NCBI GenBank assembly: GCA_038087875.1 | Contig: CM075988.1 | Span: 14,138,001-14,202,000, forward strand | DNA from: Malacoraja senta | Taxonomy: Eukaryota | Length of the DNA stretch: 64,000 bases | Reading direction: 5' to 3' | In this document: positions 48,634 to 60,556 of the stretch, in pieces | Numbering within the stretch: the stretch's first letter is position 1 | Layout of the letters: every line of letters begins with the position of its first letter | The notes under the pieces: generated by a model | The model's database searches: none | The model's input: only the letters and a program-made list of their open reading frames with translations | Told to the model about the DNA's origin: nothing | Position numbers and translations under genes: made by a program

Positions 48634-50264
48634 ACTGAGCGTGAACATTGTTTCAGAACCTATCCTTGTGTTGTAAAATTGGTGAAGGGCTCACTTCATG
48701 CGAGTACTGATAAATTACAAAATTCAGTCAAAGTCAATGAATATGGATTACCTGAGATTTAGTTTAGTTTAACTTATTATTGTCATGTGTACCGAGGTAC
48801 CGTGAAGAGCTTTTGTTCGTGTGCTATCCAGTCAAAGATTATACATGAATACAATCAAGCCTTCCACAGTGCACAGATAAAGGGCATGAGATTTAGTGCA
48901 AGATATAACATTGAATATATCTCTCAACTAACAGGAATGTTTCTATGATAACAGCTAGGATGTAAAATTGCTAGGTCCATGCAAATGGCATAAAAACGAG
49001 AATTAAATTCATCACAAGTTAAGATTCAATTCTTTACTTTGGATGCCACATGCATTGACACAACAATTTTCTATTGTATAATATGACTAGTTATTGTTGC
49101 AGTCAACAGTCAAAGACCCATGACAGTCCAAATCTAGGAAATGGTATCCAAAGCGCCAATTTAGTCAGTGGTATCATTGTCAGGAGTGTTATTTATCTTC
49201 ATCTTTTCAGTTTACAACAGCCAAATGTTAAAGTTTCCAAGAGAAAGATCATATTTTGACAGCCTGTAGATGCAAGTCTAGCACAAGCAAAAAAAGCAAT
49301 ATCAATGGTAATTGTAGATAGTAAAGAAAAGGAGGACAAACAATGAGGAACTAGGTTTGTATGTAATTTATGTTGCAAGCCAGAAGTGGCAGCAGACAAA
49401 TGAGCTTCAAGTAAAGCCATTGATTAATAACCAGTTCATTGATACACAAATTGATACTGCCAAAGAATTTGCAACGGTGAGTCAAAACACTTAATGTAGC
49501 AGGTTATTACAGACAGATAGCCCCGTCACAGTGAAGGAGGCCATTCAGCCCATTCAGCTTTGTGCTGGCTGACAGAACAATCTCATTAATTCCATTTGCC
49601 TTCTATTTCTCTGCAAATTATCCACTCTCTCACATCATTGAACTAAACTGATTTTTTTTACCACCCGTCTACACTGGGGGGAAATATTTACAGTAGAAAT
49701 GCAGCAGAATTGTGCTAAATAGTTGGAATATGTTTGACTGAGCTTGCGGTGTTAAAAAAAAAGTAAAGAGTATTGTTCAGTGCCAATAGCTCCTCAGTTC
49801 AGCTTCTCCTCAAATCCCAGTTTGCCTCTTGGAGATGGCAGAACTGCTTATGAACATGAGGGACGAGATCTTCAATTCAGCTTTAATGTGCTCTAGCAGT
49901 GGCAGCAATTACTGCAAGTGAATGGTCTCGTGGCGTGTGGACAATGGTAATGTCTTTATTCTCAATAGAAGTGGGAAGTCTTTATCAATGCAAGTGGTCA
50001 TTAGGTATGTTTATGGTATAGGGTAATTAACCATCTGCCATTCCAAGTGCAAATGGTGATTTTTGCATTGCTGCATTTTTGTACAGATGTTTCATGAACG
50101 TGCTTCAAACAGAGGACAATGGTCCTATCAAGAAATTTGGGGTTATAATGTTCTCATCAAATATGTGGCTGGTGAAGTTGTCTTTGTATTACTGCCACCA
50201 GCATTCTTCATTTTACGAGCTGACAACTCAATGGTATCAACATTGACTTCAATCTTAAGCAACC

Positions 50265-50612
50265 TCTAACCACTCTCTGCTTCCCCTTTCTCTTCCACAT
50301 CCACTTTCATCTATACCCCCTCCTCTGTGCCCTATCTAGACGAGTATCTTTTTCTCCTCTCCCCTGCCCCCTCCATTCTTCCTCTGGCTTCACAATTCCT
50401 ACTCTTCAATCCTTTTGTCTGACACTTTTCTCCATCTATGTCCTTTCTCCAACCGTCTGCCCATCAAAAACATTCCCATGCCTGTGCGCTCTTGTTACCT
50501 GCCAAATATCATAGTCTATTTATCCATGTCCTCCAGGGATGCAGCCTGATCCGCTGAGTTACTCCAGCACTTTGTGTCTTTTTGTATTTGTAAACCAGCA
50601 ACTGCAGTTTCA
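50265..50612 (+). mobile_element. Older Penelope 3' fragment
   Basis: Pyrimidine-rich tract ending in gctgagttactccagcactttgtgtc..accagcaactgcagtt. Confidence 0.65.
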
Positions 50613-51380
50613 TGTTTCTACATTTTTCATCCTGTTTTGCTTCTTTCTCTTGCTGCTGCCATGCAAGAGGTGGGGGCAGTGACATTGTGTGGAAGGTTCT
50701 GTCGGGCATTCCTGATAACTGGAGCGCACAATGGCTTGAAGAACTAAGAATGTAGGGGTAGTCTTTCTCACGATCGAGAATATATGGCAAACACCATAGT
50801 TAAGCTCAAATGATGGTGCCATATCTATATTCCTGGATGTATGTGGTTTACTATAGAGATATTTCCCTGTTCATTGCATAGTACTTTGTTCAAAGGTTGA
50901 GTGCCTTCCACATTGACATTCTTTACTGATATGGGGGGCCCCAAAGTATCACTTGTATCCAGCCTAACCATGCATGAAATTTTAGGATGTACACAAAGTG
51001 GGCAAAACTGAATACTTTCCTCTCAAAGGTGACATGAATTTAGCTCACCTTGAGTCATCTGTAATATACCATGCAAGCTGGGACAATGGGTCAGGTGATC
51101 AATGCTGTCAGACCTGCTCAATATTTCTGTTTATATAGCTGCACCTGCTATTGACTCAATTGCACTGTGCACTAAATTTGCCCTAATGTCTGTCAAACAT
51201 CAACAGAGTGGCATATGGACATTGTAGTTCATGCTGCTACCTCACTGTGTCCGTGACCTTAATTCAATCCTGACCTCAGGTGCTGGATCTATGGAGTTTT
51301 CACAATCTTGCTGTGACCCACATGGGTTCCCCCCCGGGTGCTCCAGTTTTGTCCCACACCCCGGACATACTGATTTGTAC

Positions 51381-51749
51381 TGATGTTAATGCCAAGTTGC
51401 CGGCAGTCGCCTGAAAAACGGCAACTGGAACGGCGACGGTCAGAGGGGAACACTCACACACGCACACATCGCTTCCTTCACCAGCCCGTAATGCAGGCGG
51501 GGGACTGGGCAAGCGGGGGAGCGCTGTCTAAAAACTTCACATGGTGCAAAGCCAAGGTGATACAGACACACACCGCGATGAACAGGAAGGCGACTATAAT
51601 GAGGCCGCGACTAGTTCCCAGAATGCAGGAACTCCTCGCGACCACGAAGGCGACTCCCCGGCAACCACCCCGCGAACATGTGGCGACCATGTGGCGACTT
51701 CGTTGCCTCTTGCAGTCACCTAAAAAGTCGCCTAAGTGGGGCAGCCCCA
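51381..51749. mobile_element. Partial MITE related to 19347-20197 and 59667-60556 (right TIR retained)
   Basis: Shared core aagcgggggagcgctgtct and caccgcgatgaa; end aagtcgcctaagtggggcagcccca|tta. Confidence 0.65.
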
Positions 51750-51974
51750 TTAGGAGCCATGCTGAGCTATCAGAGTTTGCCAGGTATGAATGGATAGCAG
51801 CAACTTATCAAAGCATCCTCTCAATCAGAAACAATAGCTTAACCCAGTATGCCTAGGAAGACACGCACAACTGTTGCTTGGGCAAGCCAACTACCGCAAG
51901 CTGGACTTCAAATCACATAACAATGTCACTTTGAAATAACTTTTCTCTATTATGTCTGCTTCCGCACTCGCTAG

Positions 51975-52140
51975 ATGTATTCAAGAATTAGATATAGCTC
52001 TCAGGACTAACGGAATCAAGGGATATGGGAAGAAAGCAGGAATGGGGTACTCATTTTGGATCAGCCATGATCACATTGAATGACGGTGCTGGCTGGAAGG
52101 GCCGAATGGCCTACTCCTGCACCTATTTTCTGTTTCAATG
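51975..52140 (+). mobile_element. CR1 3' end
   Basis: gatcagccatgatcacattgaatg..gggccgaatggcctactcctgcacct. Other CR1 ends at 55130-55440 and 61420-61550. Confidence 0.8.
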
Positions 52141-52799
52141 TAGATGAGAGATGCCCATATAACAGCAATGTTCTGCCACCCTCCATGGCTTTACCTCCCA
52201 AGCTGCACTATTCAGCCGAGGTCACCTCTTTAAAAAGGTGTAGCACAGGGTCATAACAGAAGTCCCGATATTTCTGAAATTACTTGTACTTAAGGTGCCT
52301 CGATGTGGAAAATATCATGACTCAAACTTTCTTATTCCTTGCATGTACATCGTAGTCACATAATTTCTTTGAAATATAGTGGTGGGGTCTTCCATTCAGT
52401 GTCATCTTAGAGCATTTTTATGGGTTTTTGAAATTTTAGGTCTGTATATAATTTTTAACGACAAAGGAAAATGAAAGATTTTTGGTTGTAATGGCATACG
52501 GGAAACATTAGTAATGTCAAACATGCTTAGTGGGTGATTCCCCAATCCCTGTAAATCTTAGGAAAACCATGTACAATAGGGATTTAGGATAAATAATTGA
52601 TCATTAGTTGCCTATTATATATTATTTCAATTAATAATGAAACTCTTGTCTGCAAATCCAAATCGCTTCCAGCTATAACAGATCTAGCATTTATCTTCTC
52701 AACTAACCGTAATCTATCATTCACTAATGACGAATTTAAAATATTACCATCATCATAATAGGTCATCATTGTTGAAGATGAATTTTTGCAATTGATTTA

Positions 52800-53021
52800 A
52801 TAACACGGAACTGCAGATGCTGGTTTATACCAACAATAGATACAAAAATGCTAGAGTAACTCAGAGAGTCAGGCAACATCTCTGGAGAAAATGGATAGGT
52901 GATGTTTCGGGTTGGGACCAATCTTCAGACATTTATCTTCTTCGACCCAAAACTTCACCTATCCATTTTCTCCAGAGATGCTGCCTGACCCGCTGAGTTA
53001 CTCCAGCATTTTGTGTCTGTC
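52800..53021. mobile_element. Inverted pair of Penelope pLTRs
   Basis: Arms are imperfect reverse complements; flanking ttttgcaattgatt / ttttgcaattcatt duplication. Confidence 0.8.
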
Positions 53022-54867
53022 TTTTGCAATTCATTGTTTACTATCATGTGGTATTCCGAATTCTGTTCCGTTTGGGAAAAATAACGTTGAGATCTTTGTT
53101 TCCTCTCGTTATGATAATTGAAAACTAATCCTCCATGCAACAACGATGATATTGCCTGTTGATTGCTCTTTCTGTGACACATAATGAACTACAATCTTTA
53201 GTGGACGTGCATACCACCATGCATCATACTCGGAGCCACTGTCATACCACTGTCCAATCAAAGGCAAGACTTTTAGTTCCCTTCAGTTAACAAGCAGGTA
53301 GTTAATATTGATCAAAATACCAAAATGATTTATTTCTGCTGACAGGTTTTGTGTAATACCCTGGGAAAATGTATGAACTCAGTTATATTCCATTAAAGAA
53401 AACAATGAAATTAGAGTTTCAACTGCAAACAGCACAGACTATTCAATTCACGCATCAAATTATTGCAGAATGAGCTGTTTGTTTTAAATAGGTCTTAAAC
53501 ATATTAATAAAAATACTTTAGTTAGTGTGATTAGTGCCTTTGATGTTTACCAAACCAAATATTAAACCCAAGAGCACTATTAACGTTCTGTTGGAGGATG
53601 GATGTCATTTCGGGACCTTAAAAGCAGACAGGATAAAAGAAGGTCATTCTGCCCAACATACCTACGCTGATTTTGTCCCTTAACACAACGGTCTGTAGCA
53701 CAGTTATTATTGAGGGGCTGGAACGCCAGAAGAAATGTTATGAATTGATTTTTCCCCATTTTTGACTTTATATAGAGCTAGAAATTGTTTTTAATTGGAA
53801 TAAAAATACATCTGTAAACAAGGTAGAAATGACATGGAAACAAAATCTGCTTGTAACTGCTCCGAGTAACCCACTCAGCTATAGTCCCTCTGCTCTAACC
53901 ATCCCTCCCACACGTGCAGTTCCTTGTTTCTCTATTTCCATGGATGCTGCCTGACCTGCTGAGTTTCCTGCATTTTCACTTTTTGCTCCAATTTCCACAG
54001 GTTTTAACATTTTCATGCCAAATCTATGGTATTTATTCATGATGAGAGTTATTTTTCAGCTTAAGTGGTGTTTTTACTCAGTACAGAAACCTGCCTTCCT
54101 TAGCTAGCGTGGATTATACCTTGGATATCATAAGGGTCTTTTAACAACGCTTTGATGTGCCCGGCAAGTCACGCATCATGGAATAGTTTAAAAAAGCGGG
54201 AACTTACTCTTAATGTAACATGTAATGGATATTTCATGCCTAGCTTGCCAAAGAAAACCATGCTACAAATATAAAATAATATTTTCTTCCTGAATTATTT
54301 TCTGGAATTTACCACAGAACCCCATCATCTCAAAAGCACAAAATAAAAAGACCACTCAAAAATCGTACACAGCCTAAATTAGAAAGATAAATGGAAATCA
54401 ATGTGATCAATACTCCCAGCAGAAGTCTGTACTGGTAAAAGCAATTCAACCCTCTCTCTTATGATTCTCTTGACAAAATCGTATTGCAGTCATTATTCCT
54501 GTGTATCCATTTCTCCCAGTTTAAATGCACCATGTTGAATTATTTTGGTGAATAGGGTTTAATGTGCAGGCTCAGATAACCAGTTGAAAAAAAAGTCAAT
54601 TGAATATTCCCCACACTTGGAAAACTTATCCCTGCTCAAAGGGTAAATTACCCTGAAGATGATCAATGAAGAAGTGTTCATTATTTTAGTGTTTCGGTAT
54701 TTTCCGTTAGGTATTACCAGTTCTTTCGGTTGAGTGCCTGCTATACATCAATGCCAAATATCAACTTCACACCATGACTCTCAAATTCCTCTGTTGGTTA
54801 TTTATGAAGTTGTCTTCCAAAAAGCATTGAAGTATATTACATTTAAAAAGTTCAGCATTTCTTATGT

Positions 54868-55068
54868 AGACAAAAATGCTGGAAAACTCAGCAGGCGAGG
54901 CAGCATCTGTGGAGCGAAGGAATAGGCGACGTTTCGGGTCGAGACCCTTCTTCAGACTGAAGGGTCTAGTCGCCTATTCCTTCGCTCCATTGATGCTGCC
55001 TCACCCGCTGAGTTCCTCCAGCATTTTTGTCTACCTTTGATTTTTCCAGCATCTGCAGTTCTTTCTTA
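54868..55068. mobile_element. Inverted pair of Penelope pLTRs with perfect 14-bp TSD
   Basis: agcatttcttatgt at 54854-54867 and 55069-55082. Confidence 0.9.
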
Positions 55069-57299
55069 AGCATTTCTTATGTGGTTATTTTTGAGTGCTA
55101 CAATGCAGATATCAGTGAGGTTGGTTTATGGAAGTGGGAGAGTCTAGGATGAGGGACCATAGCCTCAGAATAAAAGGACATACTTTTAGAAAGGAGATGA
55201 GAAGGAATTTCTTTAGTCAGAGTGTGACGAATCTGTGGAATTATTGCCACAGAAGACTGTGGAGGCCAAGTCAATGGGTACTTTTAAGGAGATTGACAGA
55301 TTCTTGATTAGTAAGGGTGTCATGGGTAATGGGGCGATGGCAGGAGAATGGGGTTGAGAGGGAAAGTTAGATCAGCCATGATTGAATGGCAGAGTAGACT
55401 TGATGGGCCCAATTGCCCAATTCTGCTCCTAGACCTTATGAACAAACGACAGTTTGTGTCGCATTAGGTAACTGGATGCCTCTGACCAGGAAATGCTGGG
55501 TTACCACCCAAACTAGTGAAGAAGATGTATTTTATTCCACTAAATTTATGCAGTGCTGTGGTCTTCCTTTGCTGCCAACTTGGTTCACGGCTAACCTTTA
55601 CAAAGCAGGAATGATTAATTTCACCAGTTTCTGTGTACATAGTTGGCTGGAAAGGTTGAGGCAGTCCAGTGGAAGTAAATTACTTGGAGCTAATTTATAT
55701 GCAAGACCTTGTTTCAGATCTGTGACTGTAATTAATGGCATAGCAGCTCACAGGCTCCAGAACATACCCGTGATACCCAATGCAAGAGGCTTACAAAATG
55801 AAAAACATTATTCTTAATTGCTTATTTTTTAATGTTGTGGGTATGCAACATTGCTAAGATATTTTACACAACACAACACACCCTTTTAGGATTTTAACTG
55901 CATTAAGACTTGGAAGTGAATAGGAATTTTGCTCAACCCATGGTAAAGTATAAGCAGGATACAGACAGAACCTCTGGCTGTGTTTACTGACAACCCATAG
56001 GTTGCTAAGTGATGTTCATTCATTCATCATCATTGAAAACATTAGCAACGCAGAGGTGCTGGTTTCTGACGGGAGCGGTGATGGACGCACCACACATCTC
56101 TGTCCTCCAGTTCCTGCGGGCTTCCACCGCTGGAAGTATAGGATTTTGGTGTGTGTGCTTTATCATCATTCCTTACAATGCTATGTACGACAGTGGTCGC
56201 AACTTCTACTGAAGTGTGGATGGCCGTTGGCTCGCTAGAAGCTCATCCGCCCTTTGATAGGTCTTGTTTTTGGTCCTGCTGGGGGTCCACAGCCCCTTCC
56301 TCACCAGACAAACCAGGTGGGGGGAGCCGACCATCCGACCATGGAGCAGGTAGCACGGAAAATTACATGGTAGGGGGAACTCCCCCCGACCTGACCTGTG
56401 ACGGATGTACTGTAACTGCTGAGGTCTTTTCCTGATGAAAGGTATAGCAAAGATTATCACATGGTTAAATCACACAGAAGGTCTGGTATTCCCTTTTACA
56501 GGACCTGCTGCTTGCCTATTTACTGTCAAGCCCAACTGAGTACAAAGTACATTTCATTATTGCTGACCTACAGGTATTCAAAATTCTAATCAATTCTAAG
56601 ACTGATCTTGCAAAGAAAGGCTCACTCTGTAACGATCAATACAAACAAATTTATGTTTCCATGGAGCAAACAATCCAACTAGTTTAATGCGGTGAGAAAG
56701 ATAAAGTAGAAAGAGAGAGAGCAAGAAGAGAGAGAGTGTGTGGTCATGTTTCTTCTCTGCAAATGTGGAAGTGAGGCCATTAAGTGGCTTCCTGTACAAC
56801 TAACCACATTTATTGAAAAAAGGCTACATTACTTCTGAGGTCACATTACAGGGTCAAGAATCATGCCTTCTCCGTGCTTGCCTTATAAGACTGTACGTAC
56901 ATCGAACAACCTAGCAGTACGGCTGAATGAGTTTCTTCTGACTGTTTGTAAAACAGCCTGTTTCTAACAGGTCATTGTCCAAATACATTGTCTCCAAGTA
57001 TAAAATCAATTGTATTCTCCAGAAAAGGCAGCTGACAATCAGTTTTACTGATGGAAACATATAATCCCAAAATGTAAATGGAAAATTCCTAATCAAGTCT
57101 CCCTTTTTTGTGATTTCTGATAAGCTGTGAAGTTACCACATTTTACACATGACACTGAGCCAATGCCAATGGATCCTTCTGTCTTCTTATTGATAGGCTA
57201 TGGGTTCATGTTGATTCCAAAGACTTCAGTGCAACATTTAAGCTAAGTAATGAAATTAAGTAGTGTTCTAAATAGAGTTATTCCAATATTACTTTAAAT

Positions 57300-57536
57300 A
57301 ACGTGCAGGAAAGAACTGCAGATGTTGGTTTATACCGAAGATAGACACAACATGTAGGGTAACTCAGCAGGTCAGGCAGCATCTCCGGAGAAAAAGAATA
57401 GGTGACATTGTGGGTCGAAACCTTTCTCTAAACTGAGAGTCATCAGTCAGAAGAAGGGTCTTGACCCAAAATGCCACCTATTCCTTTTCTCCAGAGATGC
57501 TGCCTGACCCGCTGAGTTACTCCAGCATTTTGTACG
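57300..57536. mobile_element. Inverted pair of Penelope pLTRs with 9-bp TSD
   Basis: actttaaat at 57291-57299 and 57537-57545. Confidence 0.8.
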
Positions 57537-59666
57537 ACTTTAAATCTTTTCTTGTTTCAGGTGGAAGGAGAAGATTTCGTCATACGATTTCAAAGAATAA
57601 CCATTCATCCCTTATCTTGAATAACATGTATTATCTGCTCAATGTAATGTGATTGGTCACCGATTGCCTGCTATATTTTCCCACATTTCACAATAGATAA
57701 CTTCAAATGCTTGTTTTTGGCTTTATAGAAATGTAATTCATGAAATGCTTGGTTTGTTCACTTTATACATCACTCCCATGAGAGTGCTTTCTGTAAAAGG
57801 CACAGCGTCTGCTGAATGGGCACATACTGACTGAATTAACTACTTATCAGACGAACTATATGCCTAATGGTCAACACATTTGGCATAGACCTGGTATAAG
57901 CAATTGTAAATCTTTATAAATGGGTTTTTATGGCACCAGAGTGAGGTACAAAGTAACTTGACCATCAGACTTGTGAACTACCATAGAACAGTTCAGCCCA
58001 TGGCCCTTCGGCCCACAATATGTGTACCGGACACAATGCAAAGTTAAACTGATCTCCTCTGCCTGCACATGATCTATATCCCTCTGTGGGACATCCCCTC
58101 ATTAGTACGTGCAGATATAAACACAGTTCAAAGGCAAAACAAAGCTGCAATGTGTGCAGTTGCTGAACAGACAGACGTGAGTAAGACATTTCTGCATCTG
58201 CAGATGCTGAATATGAGGCACAAATATATCCCCAGGCATAACAGCCAGAGGCAGCAGATTTCACTGATGTGTAATATTAACAAATTACATAGGAAGCAAC
58301 ATGTCACAACATAATATTAATGACTGGTGCAATAATTGTTTAAAAGGTATCATGGCAAAGATGATTCTTCTGCTGCCAGAAACCATTATGCCTTGCAACC
58401 CTGAAGCTCCTGAGAATTCTGTGCTCTTCAGTCCAAACATCATTATTTTGCATCAGTTCACATAAATTCCTCATATATTACATGATATGTCTCCAAAAAT
58501 CAGAAATGTGATCAAAAGTATAATTATATGCCTTATTAAAGCAAACATTTTCTCCTGTACCTTGTTTCTTTCTCGACTAAGGCAGCACTTGCAGGTCATG
58601 TTTTTTGCCTCTTGCTTTAAACAGACATAAGCAGAAGGAATGGGCCATTCGGGGCAGTTTGCTGACTCTGCTAATCAATAAGATCATGGTTGATCTGTGG
58701 CTGGTGCCTGTAAACTGCATTTGGTCACCAGGGATCCCACTGCTTGGCATAGAATACAAGCAAATGGCAAAAAAAAAACTCCATCTAATTTTACTTCAAC
58801 TTTCCCTCCTTTCTACAATGAAAGTAAGTTGGTGCCATCTGGTATTGTTCAGATGGTGGCTGATGGAATCGGTATCAGTGGGTTAAACCAGCAATTTAGC
58901 CACACGGCTGTTCTGGATTAGACCCAAGATACTTTCACCCTTGCCCTTGTTCAAACTCTTTGATTCTCTTATTAAAAAATCTTACTTGGTTTGGAATATA
59001 ATCTGTGACTGAGTGCTCCCAACCCTCTGGTGTGAAGAGTTCCAACAATTCACAGCTTTCGGTGCTTAGAAACTCCTCTTAATCTTATTCATAAAACAGT
59101 AGACACTTACCCTGAGATCATTCCCTCAGTTTCAGATTATCCAGCAAGGGAAACATATGCTACACATTATGCTGTCAGATTACTTTTAAAATATTTATAA
59201 AATATTACCAGAACCACACCTGACCTGTGTAACACACAGCATAAAGTTGGATTCTGATTAAGTGAATCTCAGCCCGAGAGGCGAGGAGAATGGAAACAGT
59301 CTTGGTTATCTTATGGATGACTATCTTTTCGCAATAGTATGGGGAGATTAGCTCAATGACTTATATTCAAGCAAACCTGCCATCCCCGACCTGAATCGTG
59401 CTTTAACTGCTGTTGTGATTCCAGAAGCAATCATCATGAGACAGCCAGCAACAGATAAATGTTGCTTTTCCAAGCAATTTGTGTTAAGGTTGACATATAA
59501 AACAAGAACAGGATCAAAAGAACCTTTAGCAAATTTGCTACGCATGAATGTTGCATGAATGGAAATTGAGTATGAGTAAGAACTGAATTGATGAAATCAA
59601 ATAAATGAATGCAACAAAACCCAGCTAATCTGTGAACCTAAATAAGATATTACAGTTGATATCTTA

Positions 59667-60556
59667 AGGGGCTGTCCCACATGGGCGACCTAATCTGCGA
59701 TTTAAGAAGAGTGTCTTTGACCTTCAAGCTCGAGGGCACTTGCCTGGAAAGCCTCGAGCTGGATCGACCATCCGCGTTGAAACCGCGAGCTGGATCGACC
59801 GACTGCACACACACACACACACACATAAACACATCGCAGACGGGGGCCAGGGAAAGCGGGGGAGCGCTGTCTGAAATTCACACCCGCGATGAAGAGTAAG
59901 GTAAAATAGCTGCACAGTAACGGTAAGTCCTTTAGAGAGCGTGTGTGGGGGGGGGGGGGTAGAAGGGGAGAGAGGGGGAGAGAAGGGGAGAGAAGGGGAG
60001 AGAAGGGGAGAGAAGGGGAGAGAAGGGGAGAGAAGGGGAGAGAAGGGGAGAGAAGGGGAGAGAAGGGGAGAGAAGGGGAGAGAAGGGGAGAGAAGGGGAG
60101 AGAAGGGGAGAGAAGGGGAGAGAAGGGGAGAGAAGGGGAGAGAAGGGGAGAGAAGGGGGGGGGGGAGGAGAAGGAGTGGAGACATTTTTAAGAAGTATAA
60201 TAAAGTTTAGCGGGCATTTAACCTACGGGTTGGTTTTCCCTGGTCCTGAAAACTCCAATGAGCCAATCAAAATGCCCGGTCAGCGAAGGAGATTGCCTAT
60301 GGCTGCCTTCGACTGCCTGTAACTAAATAGCGACCCCACTCCACTGCACTAAGAGTTCAAAAGAACCATGCCGACCAAATTTTACTCGCGACCTAGCTGA
60401 GGCCACGAGTATTTGGGAACTTCCCTCAAGCATGAAGGAGAGTTTGAGCGAGCTCATAGGACCTCCTAGGACCACGTGTCGACCATGCTGCGAGTTTGAA
60501 GGTCGAAGACACTCTTCTAAACTCGCAGATTAGGTCGCCCATGTGGGACAGCCCCT
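59667..60556. mobile_element. Non-autonomous DNA transposon (MITE), ~66-bp TIRs, Harbinger-like (Kolobok not excluded)
   Basis: aggggctgtcccacatgggcgacctaatctgcga / tcgcagattaggtcgcccatgtgggacagcccct; flanks tta/taa, or TTAA on both sides if the termini are GGGG/CCCC. Confidence 0.88.
59961..60150. repeat. (AGAAGGGGAG)x19 tandem array inside the MITE
   Basis: 19 ten-base units, one variant (agagggggag), flanked by G runs. Confidence 0.95.

Noticed and set aside
59941..60210. ORFs of repeated EKGREGERRG and a CRISPR-like regular array
   Set aside because: Pure 10-bp tandem repeat with no spacers, inside a MITE; the peptides are translation artefacts. The same applies to 19600-19812 and 35674-36005.
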